Shown here: piece by piece, positions 36,468 through 50,789 of the stretch
Position numbering within the stretch: position 1 is the first letter of the stretch
Layout of the letters: every line of letters begins with the position of its first letter
Source: Protoeuglena noctilucae
Taxonomy: Eukaryota
DNA: 64,000 nucleotides
Assembly (NCBI GenBank): GCA_958009085.1
Contig: OY253671.1
Coordinates: 1,550,001 to 1,614,000 of the forward strand
Reading direction: 5' to 3'
Program-made: the position numbers and the translations under genes
Notes under the pieces: generated by a model
Databases searched by the model: none
What the model saw: only the letters and a program-made list of their open reading frames with translations
Told to the model about the DNA's origin: nothing

Positions 36468-39400
36468 TCACTCCTTCGACACCCTCCCTCTCTTGCCCCC
36501 CTTCCCCGGCGTCGCCGACCCCTCCTCTGCCCCCCGCCCCCTCTTAGACCCACTGCCACCCCCACTTGCACCACCGCCACTTGCACCGCCACCGCCCCCG
36601 CTCTGTGCGATGGGCTTCCCGTCCACGCCCACCATCTGATCGTTGCCCTTCCATGACCCGTACCCCCTCTCGCGGTTGCGCTCATACGCCTGCGATGTGA
36701 CAGCAATGCAGTCATGAAATAAGCAGTCATATCCATCACAGCCACGGACCCGGTACTGCTGATGCTCCTCTCTCTGCCAACCATCAACTATCACCGATCG
36801 TCCACTCACATTAATCAACACCCACCACCACCCACCCTCACCTTCCCCATGCGGTCGAGGTTGGCCCTTCTCGCCTCATCATGCGCCACGATCGGCTTGG
36901 GATAGTCTTTGCCAATGATACACCCCGCTTTCTCCTGCACTGCTTTGGGTGCCTTCCATGGCTCATAGATGTACTTGTCTGGCATGTTGCGGAGGGCGGG
37001 TATGAAGTGGCGCACGTAGTGGCCGGAGGGGTCGTACTTCTTGCCGAAAGTGACGGGGGAGTAGACGCGGAAAAACTGGGGGAGGGTAATATGTTGATAT
37101 GTTGATATGATAATATGAGATGGGAGAGGTGAGAGGTGACGGGGGAATAGACGCGGAAGAACTGGGGGAGAAGGGTGGGAGATGGGGGATATATGGGATA
37201 TGGATGTGTTGATATGGGATGTGAGATGTGAGAGATGGGAGGTGGCTGACCACAGAGGGGTACGTTGACGAAGCGATCAGCGACAGCCCAGTTGTAACAA
37301 CTGCTCATTATTACAAACATTGCCCCCATCACTCGCCTGGTGGAAGAAGGTGCTGGCTGACAGCCACTGCCAGTTGGCCTGGTTCAGCGCCCAGTCGTGG
37401 TCCACCAGAAGGCGCTCGAACGTGTCGCGGCCACGCTCCCAGGAGACTGGGGGGGGAGGGGGAGGGGGGTGATATTAGATATATGATATATGATATGGAT
37501 ATGTTATGATCAGATGTGTAGCATCTCTCATATGTCGTGATTAGCCATGTGACATGGTATACGACGCTCGCATTCAGCCACAATGCCTCTCTCACCGCAC
37601 AGGCCTCCACTAGTCACACGTTTATGCACACGTAACTACATAACATTATTACAGTCACCCCCATGTCTCTCACCGTACAGGTACAGGTCCCCGTCATCAC
37701 AGCGAATGCAGATATATACAATCATTACATTCACCATGCCGTCTCTCACCATACAGGTCCCCCCGTGTGAGGAAGCACGCCACCGAGTGCCGCGCCAGGT
37801 GGTGCATCCAGCCCCACTGGCGCAGCTGCGGGGAGGTGGGATGGGGTGATGAGTGGACGGGGAACAGATACATCGTGATTGTAACCACCGTCACCCTCAG
37901 TTGTGTGGCATGACGGCATCATCACCCACGCACACCCATACACCCACACCCCTCCCCCCCGGCCTGCGTTATGATGGCGTCGATCCATACATCACACACG
38001 CACCCATACACACCCATTCACCCATATACCCACACAACACCCACCCACCCCCCCACCTGCATCATGATGGCGTCAATCCACGGATACCCCGTCCTCGCCT
38101 CCTCCCACGCTCTGTGGAACTCGTCGTCGTCGTCCCAATCCATCTGCCGGCAAATGGGGTTGCCGGCCATGCTGCCGAAGTGGGGGACGTATGCCGCACA
38201 CATGCTGAAGAAGTCACGCCACAGCATCTGGCCGCTGCGATGGGGAATGCGGTATATATATTAGATAATGTGATTATGTGTATGGTATAAGTCACGCTGC
38301 AGCATCTGACCTCTGCGATGGGGAGAGAGAGAGACATGTTGATGTCAGTGATAACATGACATGGAAAAGGGAACATTACAAGGAGTGCCATTAAACCCAA
38401 CAATCACAACGCGCTTTGTGCACGGTCACCGACACCCAACAGCTCCCCATGATCACTATACCAGCCATAGCAAACCCCCATCCACCCCCGCCCCCTCACC
38501 GCAGCGACACGGGCGGCTGCGAGTGCTTGCCCTTTGCTCTTCTGTAGATACTCAGCAATCTCTGGTGGAATAGCCTGGCACTCAGGCACCCGTATTGCAG
38601 ATAGGGGCTCAGCACAGTGGTGGAGGGGCCATCAAAGGCGGCGGGGTTCGTGTCCGGTTTAGCGAATCCGCACACCCACGCCTCGTCGCGCATGCTCTGG
38701 GGAGGGGGGGGGTATGGAAAGAGGGTCGGTAATATTTACATAGATACAACTACCAGTACTGATAGTAACACACACATCCCCATCCCCATCCTCACCCTCT
38801 CCAGCCTTGCCAGTGCCTCGGTCACAGCATTACAAACACTGCTAACACATTACATACAGTCATATTCACTTAGAAACGATAATACACACATCATCGCATC
38901 CCGTACCCTGTCCAGCCTGGCCAGTGCCTCGGTCTCTCCCCCCCGGAAGGGCGTGCGGTCGGAACCCTGGGGCTCTGGCATGTCGATGCCAGCGTCGCCG
39001 AACCAGGGCACTGCGGGGTGTGTGTGGATAACATCGATCAAATGATGCCACGTGACACTCACGTGATNNNNNNNNNNNNNNNNNNNNNNNNNNNNNNNNN
39101 NNNNNNNNNNNNNNNNNNNNNNNNNNNNNNNNNNNNNNNNNNNNNNNNNNNNNNNNNNNNNNNNNNNNNNNNNNNNNNNNNNNNNNNNNNNNNNNNNNNN
39201 NNNNNNNNNNNNNNNNNNNNNNNNNNNNNNNNNNNNNNNNNNNNNNNNNNNNNNNNNNNNNNNNNNNATGCACGCGCACCCCCATCGCCCGCGCCTCCTT
39301 CGTCACCGCAGCGTCGCGGGTATTTGAATAAGGCTCGAAATCCGCCTCAAAGCACAGGTCCGTGGCGCCCCACTGGCGCAGAACGTTGGGGACGACGGCT

Positions 39401-39928
39401 GCCGGGTCGCCCCGCAGCACAATCAGACGGCTGCCGCGGGAGCTGCAGGGATGGGGCGGGTGACCATTGGGGTTGGTGATACAAAGCGATGCGCTTGACA
39501 AAGATACTGGATGCGAATACAGTGCTGACCCACAACACAACACATCGTCAGCTGTGCATGATGACTTGGCTCTCACCGCAGTGACTGGTCCAGGTCGCGC
39601 AGAGACTCGAGGAGGAAGAGCGTGCGATTGGCACCGCATCGCTGGGGATTGACCAGCGCGGGATCCATGACGAAGATCGGGAAGAGCGACGCTGCGCCGT
39701 CCGCGGCCTGCGGGGGATAATACGCAGGCACAGCACGCTGGCCACACGCGCGGCAGGGCGGGATTCCCGAGACACGGGAGATGCAGATAGATAGCTTGTC
39801 GCATTTTTCACGGCATGCGACGCAGCAACGCGAATCCTCGCCTGGAGGAGCGCGGCATTGTCGTGGAGGCGCAGGCCCTTGCGGAACCACAGAACGGAGC
39901 GCTTGGCCCCGTCATCGGCCTTGCCCAT
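36468..39928 (-). CDS. (6-4) photolyase / animal-like cryptochrome (aCRY)
   Basis: Motifs [121 protein letters not shown] and YIYEPWKAP. Interrupted by an assembly gap. Confidence 0.95.
39068..39267. other. Assembly gap (200 N) inside the photolyase gene
   Basis: Run of N characters. Confidence 1.
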
Positions 39929-41097
39929 GACTGCTCCGACGTGCAATGAAGTGCGGAGAGCCGGGAGATGGCCGGAAGGAAGTCGGCGCGACCCGCAAAG
40001 GGACGGCCAAGCAGGCGCGCAGCAGGGGACGATGCGGAGCGCGGGAGACCCTTTGTGGTCGACGCGCGTCAGCCCGCGGCTGATTCGAAGCATCCAAGAA
40101 TGAGACGCGCAGCGATTCGCCGACTATCGAGCTCAGCGGATGCACGCGGGTGGATGCGGAACACTTGGCCGGCAGCTAGACGGGCTGCGGACAAGCTGGC
40201 AGGCCCGGAACACGGCGCCTGAGTACGCAGGGACGTGCGATGATTCACATCGCCATCCCGCGCTCGCAATCGGTGCTCTCTCCGCTCGCATTCTCGCATT
40301 TCCTGACACCGGGGCATAACTCACACTTCACGTTCAATGTATTGTCCTTCACGGGGCAGCTACAGCGGGCAAACGCGGTGTCATGCATCCATGCAATTGA
40401 GGAGTCAACAGCGGCGCAGTAGAGAAACCGCAAAAAGTGCCACCCGGGGTTGCTAGCTAGGTCATATATGGTGGCACGCGCAGTCCGTGCGGGCGATTCG
40501 CGATGGCTCCATTGGCAGAGGCTTTCGCGGCCCAGTCCGGTGCGGAAAACGGGGAGAAAGTCGACAAACATGCGCCGCCACGCTAGCGGCAAGCAGCGGG
40601 TGGGGCGAACGTCGGCGCAAGAAAGGGCGGTGCAGGCGGGTATCTGCTGCCTGCCTTGCGTTGCGGTGGAGTAAAGCAAAGGGAGACTAAGGGACCGAGT
40701 AAAGGGATGAGGAGAGGGACTCAGGAACTGGGTTTGCGGGAGACTGACTGTCTGTCAACGCAGTTGCAAGGGAAGGGCAACGGTCAGGGATCGCATCGAT
40801 GGGCCGACGCTGAGGGGGGATGGGGTGGTCATGGGAGATGGGGTGGCAAAGGGAGATGTCCGGGGAAGGGCGACACGACAAAGGCGTTGAGAGGGCCACG
40901 CAACGGCGAAGGGGGCGGTGCCTGAGAGGTGCGGTCGTCGGCTCCGTCGCACCGCGTCAGGCGGTGGGGACGTGGTGTCATTGGTGTCAGCTGTGCTTTG
41001 CCGATGGAGAGGTGCGGTATAGTCGATGTCGGTCACCCTTTGTCGTTGATGGAGTGGCTGGTATAGTCAGCATCGGCATCATCGTCGTTGTCTGCCG

Positions 41098-42780
41098 TCA
41101 CTCCTGTGCGTTGACGAGTGACCCCAAAGTGGAGAGGTGCTCGATGGCCTCGAGGTTGCGACGCATGGCACGCCTGGGGGAGATGGAAGGGGGGGGGAGG
41201 GGTGGCAATGAGGATGGCGTCGCAAGCGCGGTGCGTGATAGTGGATTCAATATCCATGCAGCGCACGCCATGATCATCATCACACGTGCTGATCATCACA
41301 CGTGCGCAACTCGCCTCCTTGCCGCCATGGTGCGCAGACACGCCTGCAGCCGTGGCACGCGTCGGTATAGGTCGGGGAGGTGGGCGGCACCGATGCGGAC
41401 GATGCAGGCGTCAGTCACAGCACGGACGGTGGCGGAGCGGGAACTGGGGGGGGGAGATGGGGGGTGTTGGGGTGAGTGAGTGAGGGTGGGTGGGTGTGCA
41501 CGGGAGATGGGAGATGTGGGGGTGAGTGAGTGAGTGCGGGTGTGGATGGGAGTTGCGGGGGTACAGGGCAGGCCAGGGTGATAGTGGCAATGATGAGGCC
41601 TGTGGCGGCAACGAGGGCAGTGACAGCGCGGTGCGCGTGGGAGTGGAGAGACCCCCGTCTCTGTGCAACCGTCACCCCTCGTTCATAAACAGCATGCAAT
41701 GCAGTCCTCGCCTGCCCGTGAGCACCGCCATCTCCCCAAAGATGCTTCTCATCTATTTTACATGCAATCATGTAGCAAAACATCTCGCCTTCCAGTGAGC
41801 ACTGCCATCTCCCCAAAGATGCTCCCCGCGGCCATGCGCGAGATGGGCACCACGCCATCCCCCGCCTCCCCCTCGCCCTCCCGGCTGAGCAGCTCCTCGA
41901 TCACGCGGGCCTCGTCCGTGGCGGAGCGGACCAGGTTCTGCGACGATGCAGTGAGATAGTAGTTAACGCAAACCTGTTAGTGCCGGACACATGGGACGCA
42001 CTCATGTGATGGACACTTGTTACACACCTTTAAAGTCATACAATCAAAGTCCACACATGTCTTATGACGTCGCAGCCCATACAACACTATCTCCCATCTC
42101 CCTCACCTCCAGCATGTTCAGCTGCCTCCCGTCCTTGCTCTGCCTCCTCATGCGGAACACGGTGCGGCTGCGGGACGACGCAGTGGTCGACGCCAGCGAC
42201 GTCGCGCGGCTGGTGCCGCGGCCCTGCGTCTCGCTGGGACCGTCGTTGCGCTCCGTGCTGGCCCCTTCGGTCGACACCCGTCGCGAGATACGGGGGGAGT
42301 TGGAGGGCGAGCGGGAGGGGGGAGAGGAGGGGGTGGGGTCTAGAGGGGGGAGGGGAGGGGGCGGGCGCACTCGCATGCTACCCGCTGCACCGACCGTGGC
42401 GCCGCGGGAGCTGTCGAGGGCAACGGCGGCGACGGCGGCGGGGGGGGAGGGGGGCGGGTGGAGATTGGGACGCGACTGCGTTTGTGTTGACTTGCTCTCC
42501 CTCCCCATCAATACCCACACCCTGCTCCTGCTCCTGCTCTTGCTCTTGCTCAGCCACTCCGCTGCTCCGGCTGCCCTCGCTCGCTTTGCTCTCCGGTGCC
42601 CCGTCTGCTCCGTCGACGTCGGCGGCGCGGATTGGGGGCCGCGCGAGGCTGGATGACTTGCGTTGGTATGCTTTGTCGGGAGTAGGGGCGGGTGCCGGGT
42701 GCGGGGGTGGCAGGGGCAGTGTGCGGGGGGGGCCCAGGGGAGCGGCGCCGTCGTCGGAGCCCATGCGACCGGACCGGCCC

Positions 42781-42813
<33 letters not shown>

Positions 42814-45800
42814 TTGATGAGGAACAGTGATAAGAGAGGTGATTAGAGGGCGACATACGTGAGTGATTAGAAAGTGATGTACACGAGTGATCATAGGGTG
42901 GTGTGACTGATACAAATGGTACGATGGGAGCAGGCATGGTTGGTCGGCAGTCAGTGCAGTATAAGTGTTGCATATGCTCTGTTACATATGCTATGTTGCA
43001 AATGCTGCATTCGCATATCATGTATCGCATACACGGACCTGCGACACCACCCGCGACAGCCGCGCCCGGGCGGCGTGCACCATCTGCGCCACGGCTGCGT
43101 CGCCAAACTCCAGGGACACACTAAGGGAAGAGAGAGAGAGAGAGGTGATAGAGGGATAAGAGGTGTCAACAACACTATTTAACCATGGCACAGCACTATC
43201 ACTACCACCCAGCCACGACATAGCAACCACCACCGCCACCGCTGCACCTGGCCACACCCAGTGACTAATACTAGTGACATGGCCGCTGTCGACTCCACAA
43301 GGTAATCGGTAATAATCTGCCATTTTCTGTCTCTCATCCCCATCCCCATCCCCACTCCAGCACTCACCGCGAGCACAGGTCCGAGACCGCCATCGCCACC
43401 CGCACCGCACCCTCCGCCCGGCTGACCTGCAATGCCGCCGCCCACTCGCTCGCCCGGTCCACATCGCGGGAGAACGACATGCGGACGCTGCGGTTGCGGG
43501 GGACCACCCCGGGCGGGCGGCGGGGGGAGCGTGGGGCGGAGGGCGACGCGGCATCGGTGCCAACCAATGCCGATGCGCTGTTTGCGTCGGGGTGGGGTGC
43601 AAACGCCGCGTGGAGCCCCGGCGGCTCCCCGTCGCTGCTGTTCGGGGGGTGTGGTGTGCGTTCCCGGGTCATTAACGATCCCATCTGTGCGTCACCAAGG
43701 CCGCGCGCGGGGGAGGGCGGGTGCGTGGGTTGCGCGTAGATGCCGCTGGGGCCCTGGGGGTTGGGGTTGCCATGAGACGAGGCGCGGCTGGGGAGGGGTG
43801 GCCGCTCCTGCGCTGCGTTGGTGGTGGCCGGGGCCGGCGATGCAGGGTCGTCGCGGGGTTTGAGGAGGGAGGAGGCGGAGGGGTGGCGCGTGTAGGGGCG
43901 GTCCCCTTGGGGGGGTGACAGGGGGGGCAACGCAGCGCGGGCGGAGAGGGAGGAGGGGTTACGCATCGCGGCGGCGTCGGTGGGGCGCCAGAGTCCCGGG
44001 CCGGCGGGGGATGTGGCGGGGGTGGCGCCGGGGGTGGCGTTGGGGGTGGCGGGGGTGGCGGGGCTGTTGGCGGCGGGTGCGGTGCGGGGGCTGAGTGCCT
44101 CGCAGGTGCTGCCGGGGCGGCTGTCGTCCGCTGCCGTCTCCATAATCGCCTCCTGAGATAATGAGGAGTGTTTGGGAGTGGTGGTCATGGCGGGTGCGGG
44201 GTGCATGGTTGTAAGGGTGCGAGTGTGGCTGCTGGGTGGGGCTGGCATGAGGCGGTCACATCACTGTAGCAGCGCCTGTCATGTCATGCAATACATCCCT
44301 CACCAGCATGGATGGCACGAATGCGGGCCCGTCGGGTGCGTTGACGCGGTTGAGGCTGCGGCGGCGCTGCGGGGGTGGAGGAGGGGGGGTGCGGTGAGGG
44401 TGGGCGTTGTTAGGTGACAAGAGCGCTTGGTAGTAGCAATGCGCAACTGTGCTTGTAGTTGCAGTGCCATCATTGCTTGTATAATTGTATACGAACATGC
44501 GATTGCATGTCTCGCCTGGCTGGGTATCTTCTGCAGCGTTGCGGCTGCCTGGGAGAGGGTCGTGGTGGTGGAGGCGCCGGCAGCCAGGACCCTGGGAGGG
44601 GGGGAGATGGTTAAGGTGAGAGGGAGGGGTGACGGTGGGGGTCGAAAGAGGGTGTCCTGCCCGCGACACCTCACGGTCATCTATTGCATTCCCTCGCCTC
44701 ACATCACTTCCACTCATCCCCCCTCCTTCACTCGCCACAGTTCACTCCCACTCATCCATCCCCCTTATCCACTCGCCTGAGGTCCGTGGAGCTCGACACC
44801 TTGCTCATGGCCGCGGAGGGCGTCTGTGCCTCGCTGCTGTCGTCGTCATCCACCAACGCGTACATCCCCACGCCAAAGTCCATGCCCATGCCAGAACTGC
44901 AGATATGGGGATGAAAAATTAGTTATGATATCTATGTTATGAGTACAAGTCCTGTCCATGCCCATGCCGGAACTGGGGACTGGGACGAAAGAGAGGTGTT
45001 TATGGTGGTCATAGGGTGATGTTAAGAGACCGTCCATGCCCATAAGCTCGCAAGACACACCCCATGTCAGACCAAGGTTGCTGCAATACAACACATATAT
45101 GAGTAACCCCTTCTCTAATAATAGATATAGATAAACCCACATCTCATGCTCACCGGTACCGCTCCGCGCGTGGGTGGTACTTGGGCGGTGCGTCCCTGCC
45201 ACCCCCCGCCCCCGACCACCGCCTTCCCCTCTCCGCCCCTACCCTCTCCGTCGCACCACCCATCGATCCGTCCGCAGAAACTCGCGACATATACGCGGGC
45301 GATGCGTCAACTCCACCCCCCACACCCTGCACAGCTGTCTCGCTCAACCCCTGCCCCACCGCCACCGCCCCCACCACCACCCCCGCATCCTCCCCTTTGC
45401 TGCTCTCCACCTGCATGCCCGCCCCGCTGCTGGCGGTGGCGAGGGATGTGGCGGCGGTGAGGGTGGAGAGGTCAGCGGTAGCGGCGGATGAGAGGGGGGA
45501 CAAGAGGGGGTTGGCGAGGGGGGGGAGGGGGGCGAGGGGGGAGGGGGCGGCGGGGGTGGGTGAGGTGGGCATGGCCGGGGTGCGCGACGCGCGGGGGCGG
45601 GAGGATCCCGTGAATATCTTGACGACCTCCACGATGCCTTCTGTGGATGGGGGAGAGGGGTGGGGGGTGTGGGGTGAGTGGTGCAGCAACGCGCCCACAG
45701 CCGAACAGCCAGCAGTAGAGTGACTGACTGGCTTGCCCATTGTACACAGAGACACAAGCACAAGCACGACGCTGTCACAGTCCCCCTTAATCCCCATCAC

Positions 45801-48800
45801 CCATCACCGCATGTCACCTGCGATATAGAACATCTCTGCCACCGCCTGCCCCGCCGCCCCCTCAGCCACGACCGTCTGGGATGGGCGGTACGGCACCCCG
45901 CGCAGTCCCTGCTCGCTCAGGGCGGCCTCGAGCTCATCGCGGAGACTCTGGGGTGGGGAGAGAGAGATGAGACGGTTGGTGACCATACAGTAGTACTACA
46001 GTTAGGGTCACGAATCAGTGACGTTGACGAAACGACGCTTGCAACGCTTGGTCGTGTCCTCGGCAACAGGGTGTGTTGATTTGATTGATTTTTATGGGTT
46101 CGCTTGCTTGGGTCAGGACCACCACGGTCAGGCCTACGACAGGAGCTGGACATGCCGCTGTCAGCATGCCACCCTCGCATCCCATGCCCACTTATGCACA
46201 TACACCCCCCCGTCATCTCTTGCCTGCTCGAGAGTGCCTGACCCATGCACCCACACGCTCGCATCGCCCCCCGCCTCCGCCCACCGCCTCCGCCCCTCCG
46301 CCACCCACGCATGCTCACCCACACCCTCCTGCAACCAGGGAAGCACACGCATGCTCTCTCTGTTGCACATGCGCCCTCTCATTCACTCAACCCGACAACA
46401 AATATCAGACCAACAGCAGGCACTCCAGTCTGATGGGCGCCGCACCCCATTCGCTAACCCCCTAAGTTCCTAACCCCAGCGCCACCCCCACCACCGTCAA
46501 CTCCCCCCCCCGCAACAACAACCGACTCACCAGCGTGATGCGCTTCGTAGGCTCCTTCTCCAGCATGCATCTGAGCAGATCCCGGCACTCCTCGCTCAGC
46601 CCCGCGTCCTCCGGCACATCCAGGGGATCATCGAGGATGGCATCCAACACGTCGGCCATCGACGTGGGGTTGCGATGGCCAAAGGGGATGCGGCCGACCA
46701 GCATGTGGAACAGGGTGCAGCCGAGGGCCCAGACGTCGCCCGCGCGGGCGGAGCAGGGGCCGTCGCCGAACTGAGGGGGGGGTTGAAATGGGGGGGTATG
46801 GGGTAGGTGGGGTGCGGTGGGTGCGAGGTGCGGTGGGGTAGGGTGGGGCGGTGGGTGTGCAAGCAGAGCCAGGGAAGTCAATGTGGTAGCAATCGATGCG
46901 ACCAATAGATACAGATGCGACGAGTGAGTTGTTAACCACAGTCCCCCATCCATGCTCACCACCAGCTCCGGTGCCAGGAAGGCGGGCGTGCCCTTGGGGT
47001 TGGTGAGGCGGTCGTCGCCCGTGGCGCGGAAGACCAGGGCGGAGCCTGGGATGGGGGGAGAGAGAAGAGTAGTAGTGTTAAGCTACTCTGTTCTACGAAA
47101 GATTGATTGTTTGAGCATGACAGTGACGCAGTGCATGAGTGGGGTGGTGCAATGGGGGGTGTCAGGGACATCTGGTGCTCGCATAATGCACCCCTGTTCG
47201 CATGCGTGCTCATAACACTCGCCGAAGTCGCATATCTTGACCCCCCCGTCGGCGGACAGCAGGATGTTGTCGGGCTTGATGTCCCCGTGCGCCACGCCGT
47301 TGGAATGCAAATACGTGAGGCCGTCCAGGATGCCCAGGAAGTAGTACTGTGCAAGGGGGAGTGAGATACTGGTTATTGAGAATGCTTAGGTAGTAGAACT
47401 GGGGAGGTAGTAAAGATGGACAGTGAGAGATGGGTTAGTGGTTACTGATATTGCTGTATGAAGTAGTACTGTGATGTGAGGGGGAGTGAGACATGGGTGA
47501 TTGGTTATTGATTATGCTTTAGGAAGTAGTACTGTGGGTGATGTGAGGGAGTTGTCAGTTATGGGGTTACAGTGGATGCTTATGAAGTAGCACTGGGGAG
47601 TAAGACGGGGAATGAGCATGGGGCGGGCTTGTGAGGTGTTCACGTGCGCTACAAGCAGCAACCCCAGACTCATCGCGACAGCCATTGCATTAACGAGTTT
47701 TGATCAACTCATCCCCACCCCCCACACGCATTGCTCCCACTCACCTGCGCCGTCCCCTCCGTGAGTCGGTCGCCGTCCTTGAGCAGCAGCGGCCCCCCCT
47801 CCGCCAGCTCCATCACCACCAGCATGACCGACTGGAGCGGGTCGTCGATCACCTCCATCACGCGAACCACGCTCTCGTGATCGAGAGACATCAACAGCTC
47901 CGCCTCACGCCTGAGCACCTCCGCCTTGTCGACGGGCGCGCGGCTGCCCCCACCGCCCCCGCGCCCCTTGCCCCCCGCGCGCCGCTCCACCCACTTCACC
48001 GCCACTAATTGAGACGTCTCCATATCCATGCAAAGGTACACGTCCCCGTTGGCGCCCTTCCCCAGCTGCTTGACCACCGCTGGGGAGGGGGGGGTGAGCA
48101 GGGGAATGGTCACTATCGCATGCAACATCGCCACTGCCACCCCTTGCAGTTGCGCGCAAGCACAGCCACAGTCACTCACAACCATCTCTGCTTACCGCAT
48201 CGCCACTGCCACCCGCAGCAGCTGCATGCAAGCACAGCCGCTGCAACAGTCACTCACCGTAGTTGTTGAGGAAGGCCGGGCCCCGCTCCCGGTCCACCAT
48301 CCCCACGGCCAATGAGTCGGTGCTCACCACCACCTGCGGGGTGGGGCCAAGAGAGACGTCGTTACACAAAAAAAAAAATATTTTGCGCTCACCCGCATTA
48401 TTACCCGCACCCGCACTTGCGCCCGCATTACCACCCGCACCCGCACCTCCTCTCGCACCCCCACCGCCCCTCACCTTGCCGCCCTCCCCCGTCGCCCGCC
48501 GCGTCGTGGCCAGCGGTGACAGCGCCGGTGCCGGCACCACCTCCCCCCCGGGACTCTCCGCCTCCATCGACGCCGTCAGGGACGCGATGGGCGCCAGCAT
48601 GGGGGTGCGCACCGCGCTGCGATGCGACGACACTGCAGGGGTGAGCAGGGGGGGGAAGTGTCACGGGGTGTTGTGGACGGTGATGCTGTGCTGTGGTGAT
48701 GCAATTCTGGGGTGTGAAGGGACGGGGTGTCTCCTGGTGGTGACACATGGGGATGCGATGCCGTGTGGCCCTCACCGAGTCGCGAGAGGGCCGCCCCCGG

Positions 48801-49496
48801 CAGTGACGTGGACCGTCGCTTGCTGTTGCGGTGGATGAGGTCCTCGTAGGTCAGCTTGCCACCGGGAGCCTGCGAGAGAGACAAGGCACATAGCGCAGTG
48901 CGTGCGTGCGGCGTGCCATGCGGTGTCATCCAATCCAAGAGCCCTAGATGCTCAGCCTTGGCATGCATTTCGACAGCACACGTCGCCGCACCTGCACTGC
49001 CTCGAGGCTCCGCGAGGCGGGGGACTCCGGGTCCTGCTTGGGTATCCCGGCCGAGATGGACTTGCGGACGCCGCCCTTGCGGCCATCCTGCGCGGGAGAG
49101 ACGCAACTGAGCGCGTTCTCATATAACAAAAGCACTCTGCGGCGCTGTGACCAGCTGTTGTCGGTCGCCGCGCGTGCGTCGCCGGCCGCAAAGCCACGCG
49201 CCTGGCCGGGGAGGGCGGGAAGCGCGGGGGAGGGCGCAACGCGCGTGGAGCCGCCGGCGCGGTACATGGGGAAAAACTGCGGGGGACGGGGACGCGAGAG
49301 TGGGCTGAGGCCGCCCGTGCGCAGGCCAGATACTAGACGCACGACGACTTCCCCTGCCCCTCGCCTTGCTGAGCGCCGACTGCAGCGGAGCCAGTGGCAA
49401 GTCGTCCTTCCGCGCACCAGGGTTCTCTGCGAGGGGGCGCGCGCGGGGCTGTCTCGCGCAAAGCCGCTCCGGCCCTAACGGCGTCACCGCGAACAT
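41098..49496 (-). CDS. Ser/Thr protein kinase (CaMKK/GRIK-like) with C-terminal cyclic-nucleotide-binding domain
   Basis: Kinase motifs: [81 protein letters not shown]. cNMP halves: [18 protein letters not shown] and [24 protein letters not shown]. The start is uncertain (49267, 49496 or further upstream). Confidence 0.85.
42781..42813. repeat. (TG)n(AG)n compound microsatellite at an intron 3' end
   Basis: tgtgtgtgtg agagagagagagagagagagag. Confidence 0.9.
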
Positions 49497-50789
49497 CTGG
49501 GTGACGTTATGCGGGCGGCGAGGGCGGCAAAGCGTCGAAATGCGTCGGCAACGGGGATAAACGACATCCGCGAACGAGCGGGATACCTTTCGCGTCCGGG
49601 TGGCCTCCGGGCGGTGCTGCCGAGGGCGTGTCTGGGAGGGCCGTGCTGGAGGCCCGCTTCGAGTTCGCGTCGGCTCGCTCACTGTCGGTCTTCTCTTTGT
49701 GATGACCGCTATGCAGCTCCGTCTTCCCGTCGTTTGCGGGTGCTTGGGGTTGCGGCAAGGCCCATTTGGATGAGCGAGCGTCAAGGGCCGGGCGACGGGC
49801 CGGCTCACCATTGCGCTCGCGCACGCGTCAAACGAGGGCCCTTCCCCCGGTCACCTCAGCCGCGCCGGCGCCCTCCGCCCAGCGACCCCCCGGGGCCACC
49901 TGCCCGCCGTGCCCATGCGAGCGTGGCTCCTTGCTAGCGCCGCAGCCCATGGTCTTTGTCTCTCCCCGCGCCCGCCTCCGACGCGAACGGAGTCTCTAGA
50001 CCACGCCGCCAGCTACTTTATGCGCATGCCTTCCCACGATCACAGTCACAGCAGCGCCCGAAGGCCTTCAAACGAAAACGCATTGGCGTACTCTCGACAA
50101 AATCCGATTTTACAGTCTAGGGGGGGTCGGGACTGGCAATGCGTGGCCCAGTCCAATGAACAGCTCGTTTTCTGACGTTTCGCCCATCAAACTCTCGTCC
50201 CTGCGCGGCTGGGCAGCCCCGCATCACATCTGCATCATGTGCGCACGTGCACCGTAGGACGCGAGGTGGCCAGAGGTGCTGATGCGGAGAATGAGTTAGC
50301 ACGGCCCTTGCGACGGGCGCAGCGCACGCTCTGTCCTGTTTTCATTCCATCTAAGGTTGGCCATCCACGCTGTGCCACGGCTAGCGAGAACGGCATGCCC
50401 TCCTAGCGATTGCTGCGGAAACGGAGCGGCCCAGGCGCCCCCGGGTGCTGGGGCTGAGCGATGGGTTCGTGGAGGGAGGCCCTGGCGTCTGCCGCGCGCA
50501 CGTCACGCGTCCTCTGGTCGAGAACATGGCGTAGTCCACACGATGTCGCGATGGCGGGGGTGCACGTGCGGTGCGGGTGCGCCGAGGCGCGGCGCGGGGG
50601 ATCGATGGCACGGCACGCCTCCTCCTCCGCCAGCTCCCGCGGCCCAAGCGTCGCCGGTGAGCGCCGATGGCTACGCTATTCATCTGTCACTGCGAAACGC
50701 GCTGGTCCGCAGCGCATTAGCCGCGTTCGCCGTGCAAACTAGCCCATTTACGCGCTCCCCTCGCAGACGCCAACCCGCTTTCCTGGTCC

